A DNA stretch of 64,000 nucleotides from a virus (Duplodnaviria > Caudoviricetes): the IMG/VR virus record IMGVR_UViG_3300020420_000671; one strand, 5' to 3'. Below are positions 42,534 through 51,202 of this stretch, one piece after another. Position 1 is the first letter of the stretch; every line of letters starts with the position of its first letter. Under the pieces are notes generated by a model. The model had not been told where the DNA came from and made no database searches. It worked only from the letters and a program-made list of their open reading frames with translations. The translations under genes and the position numbers were made by a program.

Positions 42534-43209
42534 TATTAAATTTATAAGTCATGATAAACACGTATTAAAACACTTTCCTATCGTTCCCGCCAAAGATTGC
42601 TTACCGAAATGGTATGCTGATTTAAAGGCCACCGATCCTAATATTTCTAAATGTATGCCAGTACGTGATATGATCACTGCTGGCTACATTATTCCTAATC
42701 CTTATGAACAGGTAGTAGGTATATTAAGTGAAGATGATATAGAGAATCCGGAAGTGATTTTTCCGGTAGAAAGACCTGGAGAGTTTTTCACTGCTATGAA
42801 TCATATGACTGCTCCTAATGCCTTTCATACCCATGACCAATGTCCTGTTCACATTGACGGTAACAAAAAGTCTTATTACAAAATTAAATTGCCTTGGAGA
42901 ATTATTACTCCAAAAGGGTACAGTACACTTTTTATTCAACCTTTTTATCAGTTTACAACTGATTTTGTAATGTTACCTGCTATTATAGACACAGATGAGT
43001 ACGATCATAGTAATTTAATTTTTCCTTGTTACTTCAAAAAAGAAGTTGACATCAAACCTGGATCACCTCTGGTACAAGCAATACCGTTCAAGAGAGATCA
43101 GTGGCAACATTCATTATCATATGAAGAAGAAGGCACTTCGAGCAAGATGAATTTCTTCCTTAATAACATGTACAAGAGAGCTTTTCATCAGAAAAAGACT
43201 TTCAAATAA
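42526..43209 (+). CDS. Conserved phage hypothetical protein
   Basis: PKWY...CMPVRD...GYIIP...PWRIITPKGYS.LF...G.PLVQAIPFKR. Confidence 0.7.
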   Translation: MNDIKFISHDKHVLKHFPIVPAKDCLPKWYADLKATDPNISKCMPVRDMITAGYIIPNPYEQVVGILSEDDIENPEVIFPVERPGEFFTAMNHMTAPNAFHTHDQCPVHIDGNKKSYYKIKLPWRIITPKGYSTLFIQPFYQFTTDFVMLPAIIDTDEYDHSNLIFPCYFKKEVDIKPGSPLVQAIPFKRDQWQHSLSYEEEGTSSKMNFFLNNMYKRAFHQKKTFK

Positions 43210-43210
43210 A

Positions 43211-43239
43211 TTGACTTTTATATATAAAGAATATATACT
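43211..43239 (+). promoter_or_regulatory. Sigma70-type promoter
   Basis: TTGACT-17-TATACT. Confidence 0.65.
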
Positions 43240-43265
43240 ACTAAAAAATCACAGTTGGAGCTACC

Positions 43266-44540
43266 ATGGCAAAGAAAAGAAAAGGTAATATTTTTAAGAC
43301 AAAAGCCACTGAGCCTAAGTGGGACGATGCTAAAGATCTTACAGGTGAACAGTACAGTCGTAGAATGCATGCCGCACAAGAACATTATAGGATGGATTTT
43401 AAGACTGATGCTTATAAAAAATGGATAATAGAATACTGTAAAAGATCTGATAAATGGAAAGATGATGTTAAAACAATATCAAAATGTCCAGACAGAGAAT
43501 TTAGATCTGCTTTGGCAGGACTATGTAGATTGGCAAATATGGGTTGTCCTGATTACCATAAACCGTATGCCGAATACTGGAGAGGTTTGGCAGGCACTAT
43601 GGGAGAGGTCAAGCCACATTCTGAAACAATAGACAAATGGATACAAGAAATTGTAAACGTAGGTAGTACAATTAAAAAGACTGAAGATAAGAAAAAAGAA
43701 GCCGAGAAGAAGAAAGGTAATGTATACAAACCTAGTATACAAGAAAGAATTAAAGAACAAGCACATCTACAATCAGAAGCTATTGAAGACTGGTTAGAAA
43801 AGTGGACAAAGGATCCTAAAAAATTCAAAAAAGACGAGTTTAAATTTAGTAAACATTTTATATCAGCTAAAGTTACCCAAGCTCATGCTAGAGTCATGCT
43901 TGGTTGGTATGAACCTATGGCCGTTGAATTAAATGAAGTATTGAATCCTCCTACAAAAGCTGAATATGAAAGGATGACAGAAAAAGAAAAAGACCTTGCT
44001 GATCAACTGATAGAAGGATATTCAATATATGAAAAGAAGGATCTACAAAATCTATATGAAGGTTATACTAACTTATTAGGTGCTTTGAATATGCTGATAG
44101 ATATGGCTAAAGCTAGTAGAAAAACACGAAAAAGAGTGCCTAAGAGCAAGGACAAATTAGTACAAAAACTTAAATTTAGAATATCCGATGACAAGTATAA
44201 AGTAGCAAGTATCAACCCAATCGATATTATAGGCTGTAACGAGCTATGGGTATTCAATGTTAAAACAAGAAAGATAGGAAAATATGTGGCAAGTCAAATT
44301 GATCCGCTGAAACAAGAAAGAGAAGGCACTGGGTTGAGTGTGAAAGGGACAACTATTACACAATTTAAAGAATCACAGAGCATACAAAAAACTATTAGGA
44401 AACCGGAAGATAAACTTAAAGAATTCCATGACGCAGGTAAGGTTAAATTAAGAACCTATTTGGAAGACATTAATGCTGTGGAGATCAAGCTGAATGGTAG
44501 AATAAACAACGAAACTATTCTTCTTAAGGCAGTAAGATAA
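43266..44540 (+). CDS. Conserved large-phage hypothetical protein
   Basis: 424-aa ORF; C-terminal LWVFNVKTRKIGKY...LSVKGTTI...KTIRKPE...NGRIN. Confidence 0.75.
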   Translation: MAKKRKGNIFKTKATEPKWDDAKDLTGEQYSRRMHAAQEHYRMDFKTDAYKKWIIEYCKRSDKWKDDVKTISKCPDREFRSALAGLCRLANMGCPDYHKPYAEYWRGLAGTMGEVKPHSETIDKWIQEIVNVGSTIKKTEDKKKEAEKKKGNVYKPSIQERIKEQAHLQSEAIEDWLEKWTKDPKKFKKDEFKFSKHFISAKVTQAHARVMLGWYEPMAVELNEVLNPPTKAEYERMTEKEKDLADQLIEGYSIYEKKDLQNLYEGYTNLLGALNMLIDMAKASRKTRKRVPKSKDKLVQKLKFRISDDKYKVASINPIDIIGCNELWVFNVKTRKIGKYVASQIDPLKQEREGTGLSVKGTTITQFKESQSIQKTIRKPEDKLKEFHDAGKVKLRTYLEDINAVEIKLNGRINNETILLKAVR

Positions 44541-44548
44541 ATACTTGC

Positions 44549-45613
44549 ATGGATCAGATAACAAACATTAGAGAAGGTCTCGCTAAACTAACATCAGCAT
44601 TAGAGACTATTGTAACAAAGGATACACCAGCTACACCTGATGCGACTGTAAACAGTATCAGTGGTAATGCTATTCACGGTGGCAAAATCACTTTGTTAAG
44701 AAGCACAGGAATAAGAGATCAAGCAACTAGAACATCATTGCTTGTAGAAGATGATAAAATTACGGTAGGTAGTGCTGATATAGATAACGTAATGGGCGAT
44801 TTAACTGTTGAAGACAATCTTACAATAGGTGGCGAAATAAAAGCTAAAACATTAAGAGTAGACGAAACATATACAGATCAAAAACACAACACATCATTAG
44901 ATTTTCAAGTAGAAGGCGATACACGTTTAATTGGTTTACAATGGCGTAAGAAAGGTGAAGCAACTAAACAATTAGTTTGGCGTGATGATAGATTTTACAT
45001 AAGCAATACTGTTGATCTTCATAGAGATGCTTCATATAGTATTGATAACATTCCTGTAATTACACAGGACTCATTAGGTGCTACAGTAACTAAAAGTAAC
45101 CTTTCAACTGTAGGTAGATTACAAAATTTACAAACAGATGGTGATCTTACTGTGGACGATTATATTTTTTATGAAAGTGGTACAAGTAGATTAGGAATAG
45201 GAACAGAAGCACCAAACGGACAATTAAGTGTTTCTAGCGATGAAGCAGAATTCGTCGTTGATCCAGATTTTGACCACTTAAGAGTAGGTGCTTGGACGAC
45301 AAGTAAAATGTCTTTGATTACAGATAACAAAGAAAGAATTGTAATCAAACAGCACGGAGGAGTTGAAATAAAAGATAAGCTAGGAATCAACACAGCATAT
45401 CCTGGCGAAGATGTTGACTTAGAGGTCAAAGGTAATATAAGATTTAATGCCAAGAAGTTTACAGTTGGCGAATTTCCTCCCACAGAAGGTAATTATAATT
45501 TGGGAGACATACAGTATGATACAAATCCAAGACAAGGTGGATTCATCGGATGGGTTTGTATTATTCCAGGTAATCCTGGTACATGGAAGGGCTTTGGAGC
45601 GATAGAAAAATAA
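44549..45613 (+). CDS. Probable virion fibre-like protein
   Basis: Late box 5 nt upstream; beta-rich; RLGIGTEAP; C-terminal YNLGDI...GWVC...PGTW. Confidence 0.65.
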   Translation: MDQITNIREGLAKLTSALETIVTKDTPATPDATVNSISGNAIHGGKITLLRSTGIRDQATRTSLLVEDDKITVGSADIDNVMGDLTVEDNLTIGGEIKAKTLRVDETYTDQKHNTSLDFQVEGDTRLIGLQWRKKGEATKQLVWRDDRFYISNTVDLHRDASYSIDNIPVITQDSLGATVTKSNLSTVGRLQNLQTDGDLTVDDYIFYESGTSRLGIGTEAPNGQLSVSSDEAEFVVDPDFDHLRVGAWTTSKMSLITDNKERIVIKQHGGVEIKDKLGINTAYPGEDVDLEVKGNIRFNAKKFTVGEFPPTEGNYNLGDIQYDTNPRQGGFIGWVCIIPGNPGTWKGFGAIEK

Positions 45614-46029
45614 TGACAAAACTTTTTAATATTGATATTCAAGCTATTTCTGAAATAAAGTCAGGATTAAATGATCTTTCAAATTGGATTCTTACAATGG
45701 AAAGATTAGCCGGCACAAGTAATTCTAAACTGTCAATTGATAGTAAAGGAAGACTACACGTTGCTGGCAAGGAAGATACTATAATCCACGGTAATCTTGG
45801 TGTCGGAGTTGACACCGTACCAAATGATGTAGCTATAGAAACAAGTTTGCCAGTACGATTTCAAGGAAAGAAATTTGAAGTGAACAGTGATGTTCCTCGG
45901 ACTGGACTTTATAACAAGGGTGATATTATATGGAATGACGATCCTGTACCAAACGGTATTGTTGGTTGGATCTGTATAAGAACAGGCACCCCTGGAGAGT
46001 GGCGCACATTTGGGATGATTGGTGGATGA
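45613..46029 (+). CDS. Short paralog of the C-terminal domain of 44549..45613
   Basis: YNKGDIIWN..P...VGWICIRTGTPGEW. Confidence 0.65.
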   Translation: MTKLFNIDIQAISEIKSGLNDLSNWILTMERLAGTSNSKLSIDSKGRLHVAGKEDTIIHGNLGVGVDTVPNDVAIETSLPVRFQGKKFEVNSDVPRTGLYNKGDIIWNDDPVPNGIVGWICIRTGTPGEWRTFGMIGG

Positions 46030-46352
46030 AGAAAGACGTAGATAAACAGGTAAACGCTTGGTACATGTTAGGCAGAGTTGCTCCGATAGGAGCTTTATTT
46101 TTACTTTGTCTAGTATTGATATTTGATGTATCAGGTTGGTTAGAACATACACTTATATTTTTAGGTACTGTATTTGCTGTTATTGCCTTTACATGGTGGT
46201 GGTGGGTTTTAGATACTGTCAAAGAACTTTTCAATTTACTAAAAGGTGCTCATAATAGATTTGACACAATAATCACTGATATCCAAGAAATCAAAAAAGA
46301 AATTAATGATAGTAATAGGAAACGGAACAAGCAGGACAACGATAAATCTTGA
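46026..46352 (+). CDS. Two-TM protein with C-terminal coiled coil
   Basis: ATGA coupling; two hydrophobic helices. Confidence 0.6.
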   Translation: MKKDVDKQVNAWYMLGRVAPIGALFLLCLVLIFDVSGWLEHTLIFLGTVFAVIAFTWWWWVLDTVKELFNLLKGAHNRFDTIITDIQEIKKEINDSNRKRNKQDNDKS

Positions 46353-46875
46353 CCGTTATCCTGAAACAAAGATAGGTTGTAATGCTATCTTTAGAGATAT
46401 TTACGTAGACCATCTGGTTTGTTGTGATAAGAAGATGGTCAAACAAGCCATCGGTGCTGGAGCTTCTCCAATTTATACACGACATAGATGGATAGCTGAT
46501 TTTCCAAAACAACAGGTAATTGCTTTACCAGAACTACCTTACAAAGGTGACAAAAGGCAAGATGATCCTTTTCATTGGGGTAGTGGGCCATATGCGTTAT
46601 TGTTAGCAACTACTTTGTCTAAATACATTAAGATTGTTGGATTTGATCTTTACGGAACTGAAGGCGGTAACACAAATAACGTTTATGTCAACACTGATGG
46701 ATATAAAACTTTACATGATGACGCTGTTGATTGGTCTTATTGGGTGTATCAAATCGCAAAACTTTTTGAATATAATCCAGACACAATATTTCATTTCTTT
46801 AATTTGGAGAACTGGAAGTGTCCAAAACAATGGGATTTTAAAAATATAAAGGTTGACAATATTAACAAATTATAA
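46306..46875 (+). CDS. Maf/sialyltransferase-like Rossmann-fold protein
   Basis: VIGNGTSR...IGCNAIFRD...DHLVCCD...GSGPYA...VGFD. Confidence 0.6.
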   Translation: MIVIGNGTSRTTINLDRYPETKIGCNAIFRDIYVDHLVCCDKKMVKQAIGAGASPIYTRHRWIADFPKQQVIALPELPYKGDKRQDDPFHWGSGPYALLLATTLSKYIKIVGFDLYGTEGGNTNNVYVNTDGYKTLHDDAVDWSYWVYQIAKLFEYNPDTIFHFFNLENWKCPKQWDFKNIKVDNINKL

Positions 46876-46881
46876 TATAAT
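46853..46881 (+). promoter_or_regulatory. Consensus sigma70 promoter
   Basis: TTGACA-17-TATAAT. Confidence 0.8.
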
Positions 46882-46905
46882 GTAATAAACTTGGAAAGGT
46901 AAACT

Positions 46906-47355
46906 ATGGGAAAATACTATTCTACTAAAACATACGGACACAATATAGGATTAAGTGCTGTATTTAGACAGCCAAATGCTGATCATTCCCATTGTCATTT
47001 GCTACACGGATATAGTTTACAATTTAAATTTACTTTTGGTTGTAAAGAACTTGACAACAAAAATTGGGCAGTTGACTTTGGTGGATTGAAACCTTTGAAA
47101 GCATGGTTGGAAGACAACTTTGATCACAAATTATGTTTAGATAATAATGATCCACACATTGGAAAATTTAAAGAACTTGAAGCATTGGACCTCGCTGAAC
47201 TTAGAATGTTTGATGGTGTTGGTGCTGAAAAGTTTGCCGAACACGCATTTAACTTTGCTGACAAACTTATCAGGGAAAAAACAAATGATAGATGTTTTGT
47301 AGTGAGTGTTGAATGTGCTGAGCATGGTGCTAATTCTGCTATATACGAGAAATAA
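46906..47355 (+). CDS. queD: 6-carboxytetrahydropterin synthase / PTPS family
   Basis: HSHCHLLHGYS, VDFGGLK, FDH, AEKFA, VE..E. Confidence 0.85.
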   Translation: MGKYYSTKTYGHNIGLSAVFRQPNADHSHCHLLHGYSLQFKFTFGCKELDNKNWAVDFGGLKPLKAWLEDNFDHKLCLDNNDPHIGKFKELEALDLAELRMFDGVGAEKFAEHAFNFADKLIREKTNDRCFVVSVECAEHGANSAIYEK

Positions 47356-47369
47356 GGCTACCATGTACA

Positions 47370-48251
47370 ATGGCAAAAATAGATAAATCACAATATACAA
47401 AAGAACAGTGGAAAGTCATTCGTGAGCAGAGGCGTAGGCAAAAAGCCGCAGATAGAGCTAAAAAGGCACAAAAGAATACTTTAGAAGCAAAAGACACAGA
47501 AAGAGCAGTTAAAGTAGCAGTTAATGAGCCTGTAGTAGATAAACGAGATAATTACATCGTTTGTTTGAAACACGGCACAAAGTACAGCTCACAATATGTA
47601 AACAATCTATACAACATGGTTAAGCGCCATTGTACTGTTCCATATGAATTTGTGTGTTTCACAGATGACATACGTGATATAAATCCAAACATCAAAACGA
47701 TTACACTAAAACACTTGGGAGTAAGTGGTTGGTGGTACAAGCCTATCTTCTTTGATAAAAATTTTCCTTTAGATGGCAATATACTTTACTTCGATCTTGA
47801 TGTTGTAATACACGAAAATATAGACAATCTTTTTTCTTATAATCCTGGAAAGTTTTTAATTTGTAGAGACTTCAACAGAAGCATTAGGCATGACTGGAGT
47901 AGAATGAATAGTAGTGTATTTAGATTAGTTTCAGGGTCATTGCCTTTTGTGTATGATGAGTTTATGGAAAACGCCGCAATGAACATGAGAAGGTTTCACG
48001 GTGACCAAGACTGGATATATGAAATGATGAGTGATAAAAAAAGTTTATGGATGTTTTGGCCAGACGAATGGATACGCAGTTACAAATGGGAAATGAGAGA
48101 TAGAGCCCATTTGGATAGGATCGGCGGTATAAGAAACTTTAAGGTAAAGGCAGATCCTATAGTACATCATCTATGTAATGTTGCTGTATTTCACGGAGAG
48201 CCACATCCACATCAAGTCGAGGACGATTGGGTAAAGGAGAATTGGAGATGA
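47370..48251 (+). CDS. Glycosyltransferase (GT-A fold, DxD)
   Basis: VCLKHGTKY...YVNNLY...FVCFTDD...GWWYK...YFDLDVVI...NSSV...GDQD...VFHG.P.P. Confidence 0.8.
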   Translation: MAKIDKSQYTKEQWKVIREQRRRQKAADRAKKAQKNTLEAKDTERAVKVAVNEPVVDKRDNYIVCLKHGTKYSSQYVNNLYNMVKRHCTVPYEFVCFTDDIRDINPNIKTITLKHLGVSGWWYKPIFFDKNFPLDGNILYFDLDVVIHENIDNLFSYNPGKFLICRDFNRSIRHDWSRMNSSVFRLVSGSLPFVYDEFMENAAMNMRRFHGDQDWIYEMMSDKKSLWMFWPDEWIRSYKWEMRDRAHLDRIGGIRNFKVKADPIVHHLCNVAVFHGEPHPHQVEDDWVKENWR

Positions 48252-48463
48252 CAAACGAAGACTATAAAGTAGACCCGGGCTCTATTAATGTCGATCAACG
48301 TAAACAAGACACAAGAAGAGATGCTTGGGATAGAGACTACATGCCTGCTGATTGGAAAAAGCCTGAGCCAACAACTACAAAAAAAATATCAAATGCGGCA
48401 CCAGTTTTTGTGTTTGCATTTTTTTATGTTTGTGTATTGGTAATGATGGGTAGTATTAGATGA
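48248..48463 (+). CDS. Small protein with C-terminal TM helix
   Basis: ATGA coupling. Confidence 0.5.
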   Translation: MTNEDYKVDPGSINVDQRKQDTRRDAWDRDYMPADWKKPEPTTTKKISNAAPVFVFAFFYVCVLVMMGSIR

Positions 48464-48630
48464 TTAGATTATGGCACTATTGGTGCAAAGCTATGGGAAG
48501 TCGTGCTTATGATAACGACAGGAAAGACGATCATATACACAATATTATTAGAACATTTTGGTTTTTACTACATATTATAACTTGTTGTATGATTATAGCA
48601 GGTAACGGAAGGATGTTGAATATATGGTAG
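48460..48630 (+). CDS. 56-aa membrane protein
   Basis: Below the track cutoff; MIRLWHYWCKAMGSRAYDNDRKDD...RTFWFLLHIITCCMIIAGNGR. Confidence 0.55.
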   Translation: MIRLWHYWCKAMGSRAYDNDRKDDHIHNIIRTFWFLLHIITCCMIIAGNGRMLNIW

Positions 48631-49334
48631 ATAAATTTATTTTTGATGTTGACGGAACACTTACACCTAGTAGACAAGAAATTGATATGGACTTTGCTGT
48701 TTTCTTTACAGACTTCTGTGCTGAAAATGATGTATATCTTGTTACTGGTAGTGATAGAGAAAAAACAATAGAACAGGTAGGCGAGGAAATATATAGCTTG
48801 GCTGACAGAGTTTACAACTGTTCAGGTAGCGATGTATGGGATGGAAATGTTAATGTTTACACAAGTGATTGGAAGATTCCTGAAGAAGCAGAACAATGGT
48901 TAAAGGCAGAATGTAGATGTAGCGAGTTTCCATTGAGAACAGGTTTACATATTGAAAAAAGGCCTGGCATGATAAATTTTAGTGTAGTTGGTAGAAACGC
49001 AACTATGGGTGAACGAAAGTTATATGTAGAATACGATAACAAAACAAAGGAAAGAATTAAAATTGCCAAAGAATTCCAAAAGTTTTTTCCTGCCATACAA
49101 GCAGTGGTTGGTGGCGAAACTGGTATTGATATCTTTCCTTATGGCAAAGACAAGGCCCAAATTATAAATGATTTTGATGAACTTAATGATACTTTACACT
49201 TTTTTGGTGATAGAATGGATCCAGCAGGAAATGATTATCCTTTGAAAAGAGTAATACTTGACAATGATTTGGGTATGTGCTATAGTGTTAAAGACTGGAA
49301 ACACACATGGAAGTTATTAAAAAAACATGACTAG
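48624..49334 (+). CDS. HAD-IIB phosphomannomutase (eukaryotic PMM-like)
   Basis: FDVDGTLT, VTGSD, IEKRPGMINFS, GGETGID, FFGD...GNDYP. Confidence 0.9.
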   Translation: MVDKFIFDVDGTLTPSRQEIDMDFAVFFTDFCAENDVYLVTGSDREKTIEQVGEEIYSLADRVYNCSGSDVWDGNVNVYTSDWKIPEEAEQWLKAECRCSEFPLRTGLHIEKRPGMINFSVVGRNATMGERKLYVEYDNKTKERIKIAKEFQKFFPAIQAVVGGETGIDIFPYGKDKAQIINDFDELNDTLHFFGDRMDPAGNDYPLKRVILDNDLGMCYSVKDWKHTWKLLKKHD

Positions 49335-50343
49335 AAGAATAGGCTTCGCATGTAAATACATGCATGAAGATCAAACACAAAAGAAAAAGCTTCTGGAAGA
49401 AATTCAAAGGCCTTTGAATACAAGGTCCACAACTGTTGCTTGGTTAAATAGACAGACAAAAGAAGTAGCAGAAGAAAGACTATGGGATATTTGTAAACAC
49501 AACATTCAATCCTATTACAATTTAATTAAGTACGTGGGAGGACTACAACATGATTTACGAATGGTTAGACTTGGTTCCGATGTTTTGCCTGTTTACACTG
49601 AGCCTACTTGGGGCTATTTCTGGAAGCTACCTGATGTACGTAAATATTGCGAACAGGCTTTGGCACCAGTCGGTGAGTTGGCTCGCAGTCTTGATGTACG
49701 CCTTAGTATGCACCCTGGTCAGTTCACTGTCCTTGCTAGTGATAGTGACGATATAGTAAATAGAAGTGTAGAGGAGTTTGAATATCATGTTGATGTCGCA
49801 AGATGGATGGGGTACGGTAGACAATTCCAGGACTTTAAGATCAATGTCCACATCTCCGGCCGTAAGGGTCCAGCCGGTATCCTCAACGTCCACCCAAGAT
49901 TATCTCCGGAGGCGAGAAACACAATTACAATCGAAAACGACGAAAACTCGTGGGGTATCGACGCAAGTTTGGAGTTACGAAAACACCTCGCATTGGTGCT
50001 TGACATACACCATCACTGGGTCAAAACAGGTGAATATATTCAGCCTACCGACGATAGATTTTCTCGCATAATAGACAGTTGGCGTGGTGTGCGTCCTGTC
50101 ATACATTACTCTGTATCACGAGAAGACATACTAATTGATCATGATATAAACACACTACCAAACATGGAGAAGTTACTTGAACAAGGATACAAAAAACAAA
50201 AACTACGTGCTCATAGCGACTATATGTGGAATACTGCTGTTAACGATTGGGCTTTATCTTTTAGAGATTACGCTGATATAATGGTAGAAAGCAAGGCAAA
50301 GAATTTAGCGAGTATAAAACTCTTCGAATCGGCCAATAAATAA
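49327..50343 (+). CDS. uvsE: UV damage endonuclease
   Basis: IGFACKY, RLSMHPGQF, INVH, TIENDE, LDIHHH, HYS, RAHSD, MVESKAK. Confidence 0.93.
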   Translation: MTRRIGFACKYMHEDQTQKKKLLEEIQRPLNTRSTTVAWLNRQTKEVAEERLWDICKHNIQSYYNLIKYVGGLQHDLRMVRLGSDVLPVYTEPTWGYFWKLPDVRKYCEQALAPVGELARSLDVRLSMHPGQFTVLASDSDDIVNRSVEEFEYHVDVARWMGYGRQFQDFKINVHISGRKGPAGILNVHPRLSPEARNTITIENDENSWGIDASLELRKHLALVLDIHHHWVKTGEYIQPTDDRFSRIIDSWRGVRPVIHYSVSREDILIDHDINTLPNMEKLLEQGYKKQKLRAHSDYMWNTAVNDWALSFRDYADIMVESKAKNLASIKLFESANK

Positions 50344-50365
50344 ATTTACGACAAAGGAGAAAACT

Positions 50366-50527
50366 ATGAAATGGTTAAAATCTAGAATCAGTGAAAGAAC
50401 ATCATGGGACGGAGCAGTATGTATCGCTCTAGGTCTTATGATATTATTCATGGCTCCCTTGGCAAAAATCGCGGCAGGATTAGCGATAGCTTGGGGTGTC
50501 TGGACTATTTGGAAGAAAGAAAAGTAA
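50366..50527 (+). CDS. 53-aa two-TM protein (holin-like size)
   Basis: SD AGGAG; MKWLKSRISERTSWDGAVCIALG...WKKEK. Confidence 0.65.
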   Translation: MKWLKSRISERTSWDGAVCIALGLMILFMAPLAKIAAGLAIAWGVWTIWKKEK

Positions 50528-50815
50528 TTATAGTTCATCAATAGTAATATCGGCGTCGACAGGGATATTAAGTTTTCTTCTTTGTTCGACGCCCTTTTTT
50601 TGGGCAAAGCGTTTAGGATCACAATCAGGGCAGACGTGAACATATAAATCATCTAATCTTTTAGGATCAACTTTACCTTTTTCACGTTTAAATTCTATAT
50701 GACACTCATCGCACTTGAAAACGGCATAACTACGTAGACGCTTGTAAGGATGGCTCTTACCAGATTTGCTTTGTCTTACATAAAAACGCATTTCTTTTTC
50801 AATTCTTAAGAACAT
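50528..50815 (-). CDS. Zn-finger-like protein
   Basis: CDEC...CPDC; minus-strand TAAATA 4 nt upstream. Confidence 0.65.
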   Translation of the reverse strand: MFLRIEKEMRFYVRQSKSGKSHPYKRLRSYAVFKCDECHIEFKREKGKVDPKRLDDLYVHVCPDCDPKRFAQKKGVEQRRKLNIPVDADITIDEL

Positions 50816-50869
50816 AATGTATTTATTTACATTCGGATTGTAAAAGATTATATAAATACTAAGGAGCAG

Positions 50870-51199
50870 ATGATGTCAAACATACTATTTTTAACTGATC
50901 AAGCAAAGGAACAAATGGTTACAATGCTTGAAGAACATGATAAAAAAGCAGTTAGATTGTCCTTAAAGGGCGGTGGCTGTGCTGGTTTTAAATACGATTG
51001 GACATTGGCAGATGAAGCAGAAAAAGACGATGAAGTGATAGAACTTCCAAAAGGAAAGTTTTTAATTGACCCAGCGAGTATTATGTACTTGATTGGATCA
51101 AAAGTAGACTACAAGAAGGAAGTATTCGGTTCATATTTTTCAATTGAAAATCCAGCTTCAACATCAAGTTGTGGTTGTGGAGAGAGCATAGGATTTTAA
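50870..51199 (+). CDS. iscA: A-type Fe-S carrier (IscA/HesB/SufA family)
   Basis: GGGCAGFKY, GSKVDY, CGCGES. Confidence 0.92.
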   Translation: MMSNILFLTDQAKEQMVTMLEEHDKKAVRLSLKGGGCAGFKYDWTLADEAEKDDEVIELPKGKFLIDPASIMYLIGSKVDYKKEVFGSYFSIENPASTSSCGCGESIGF

Positions 51200-51202
51200 T
51201 AC

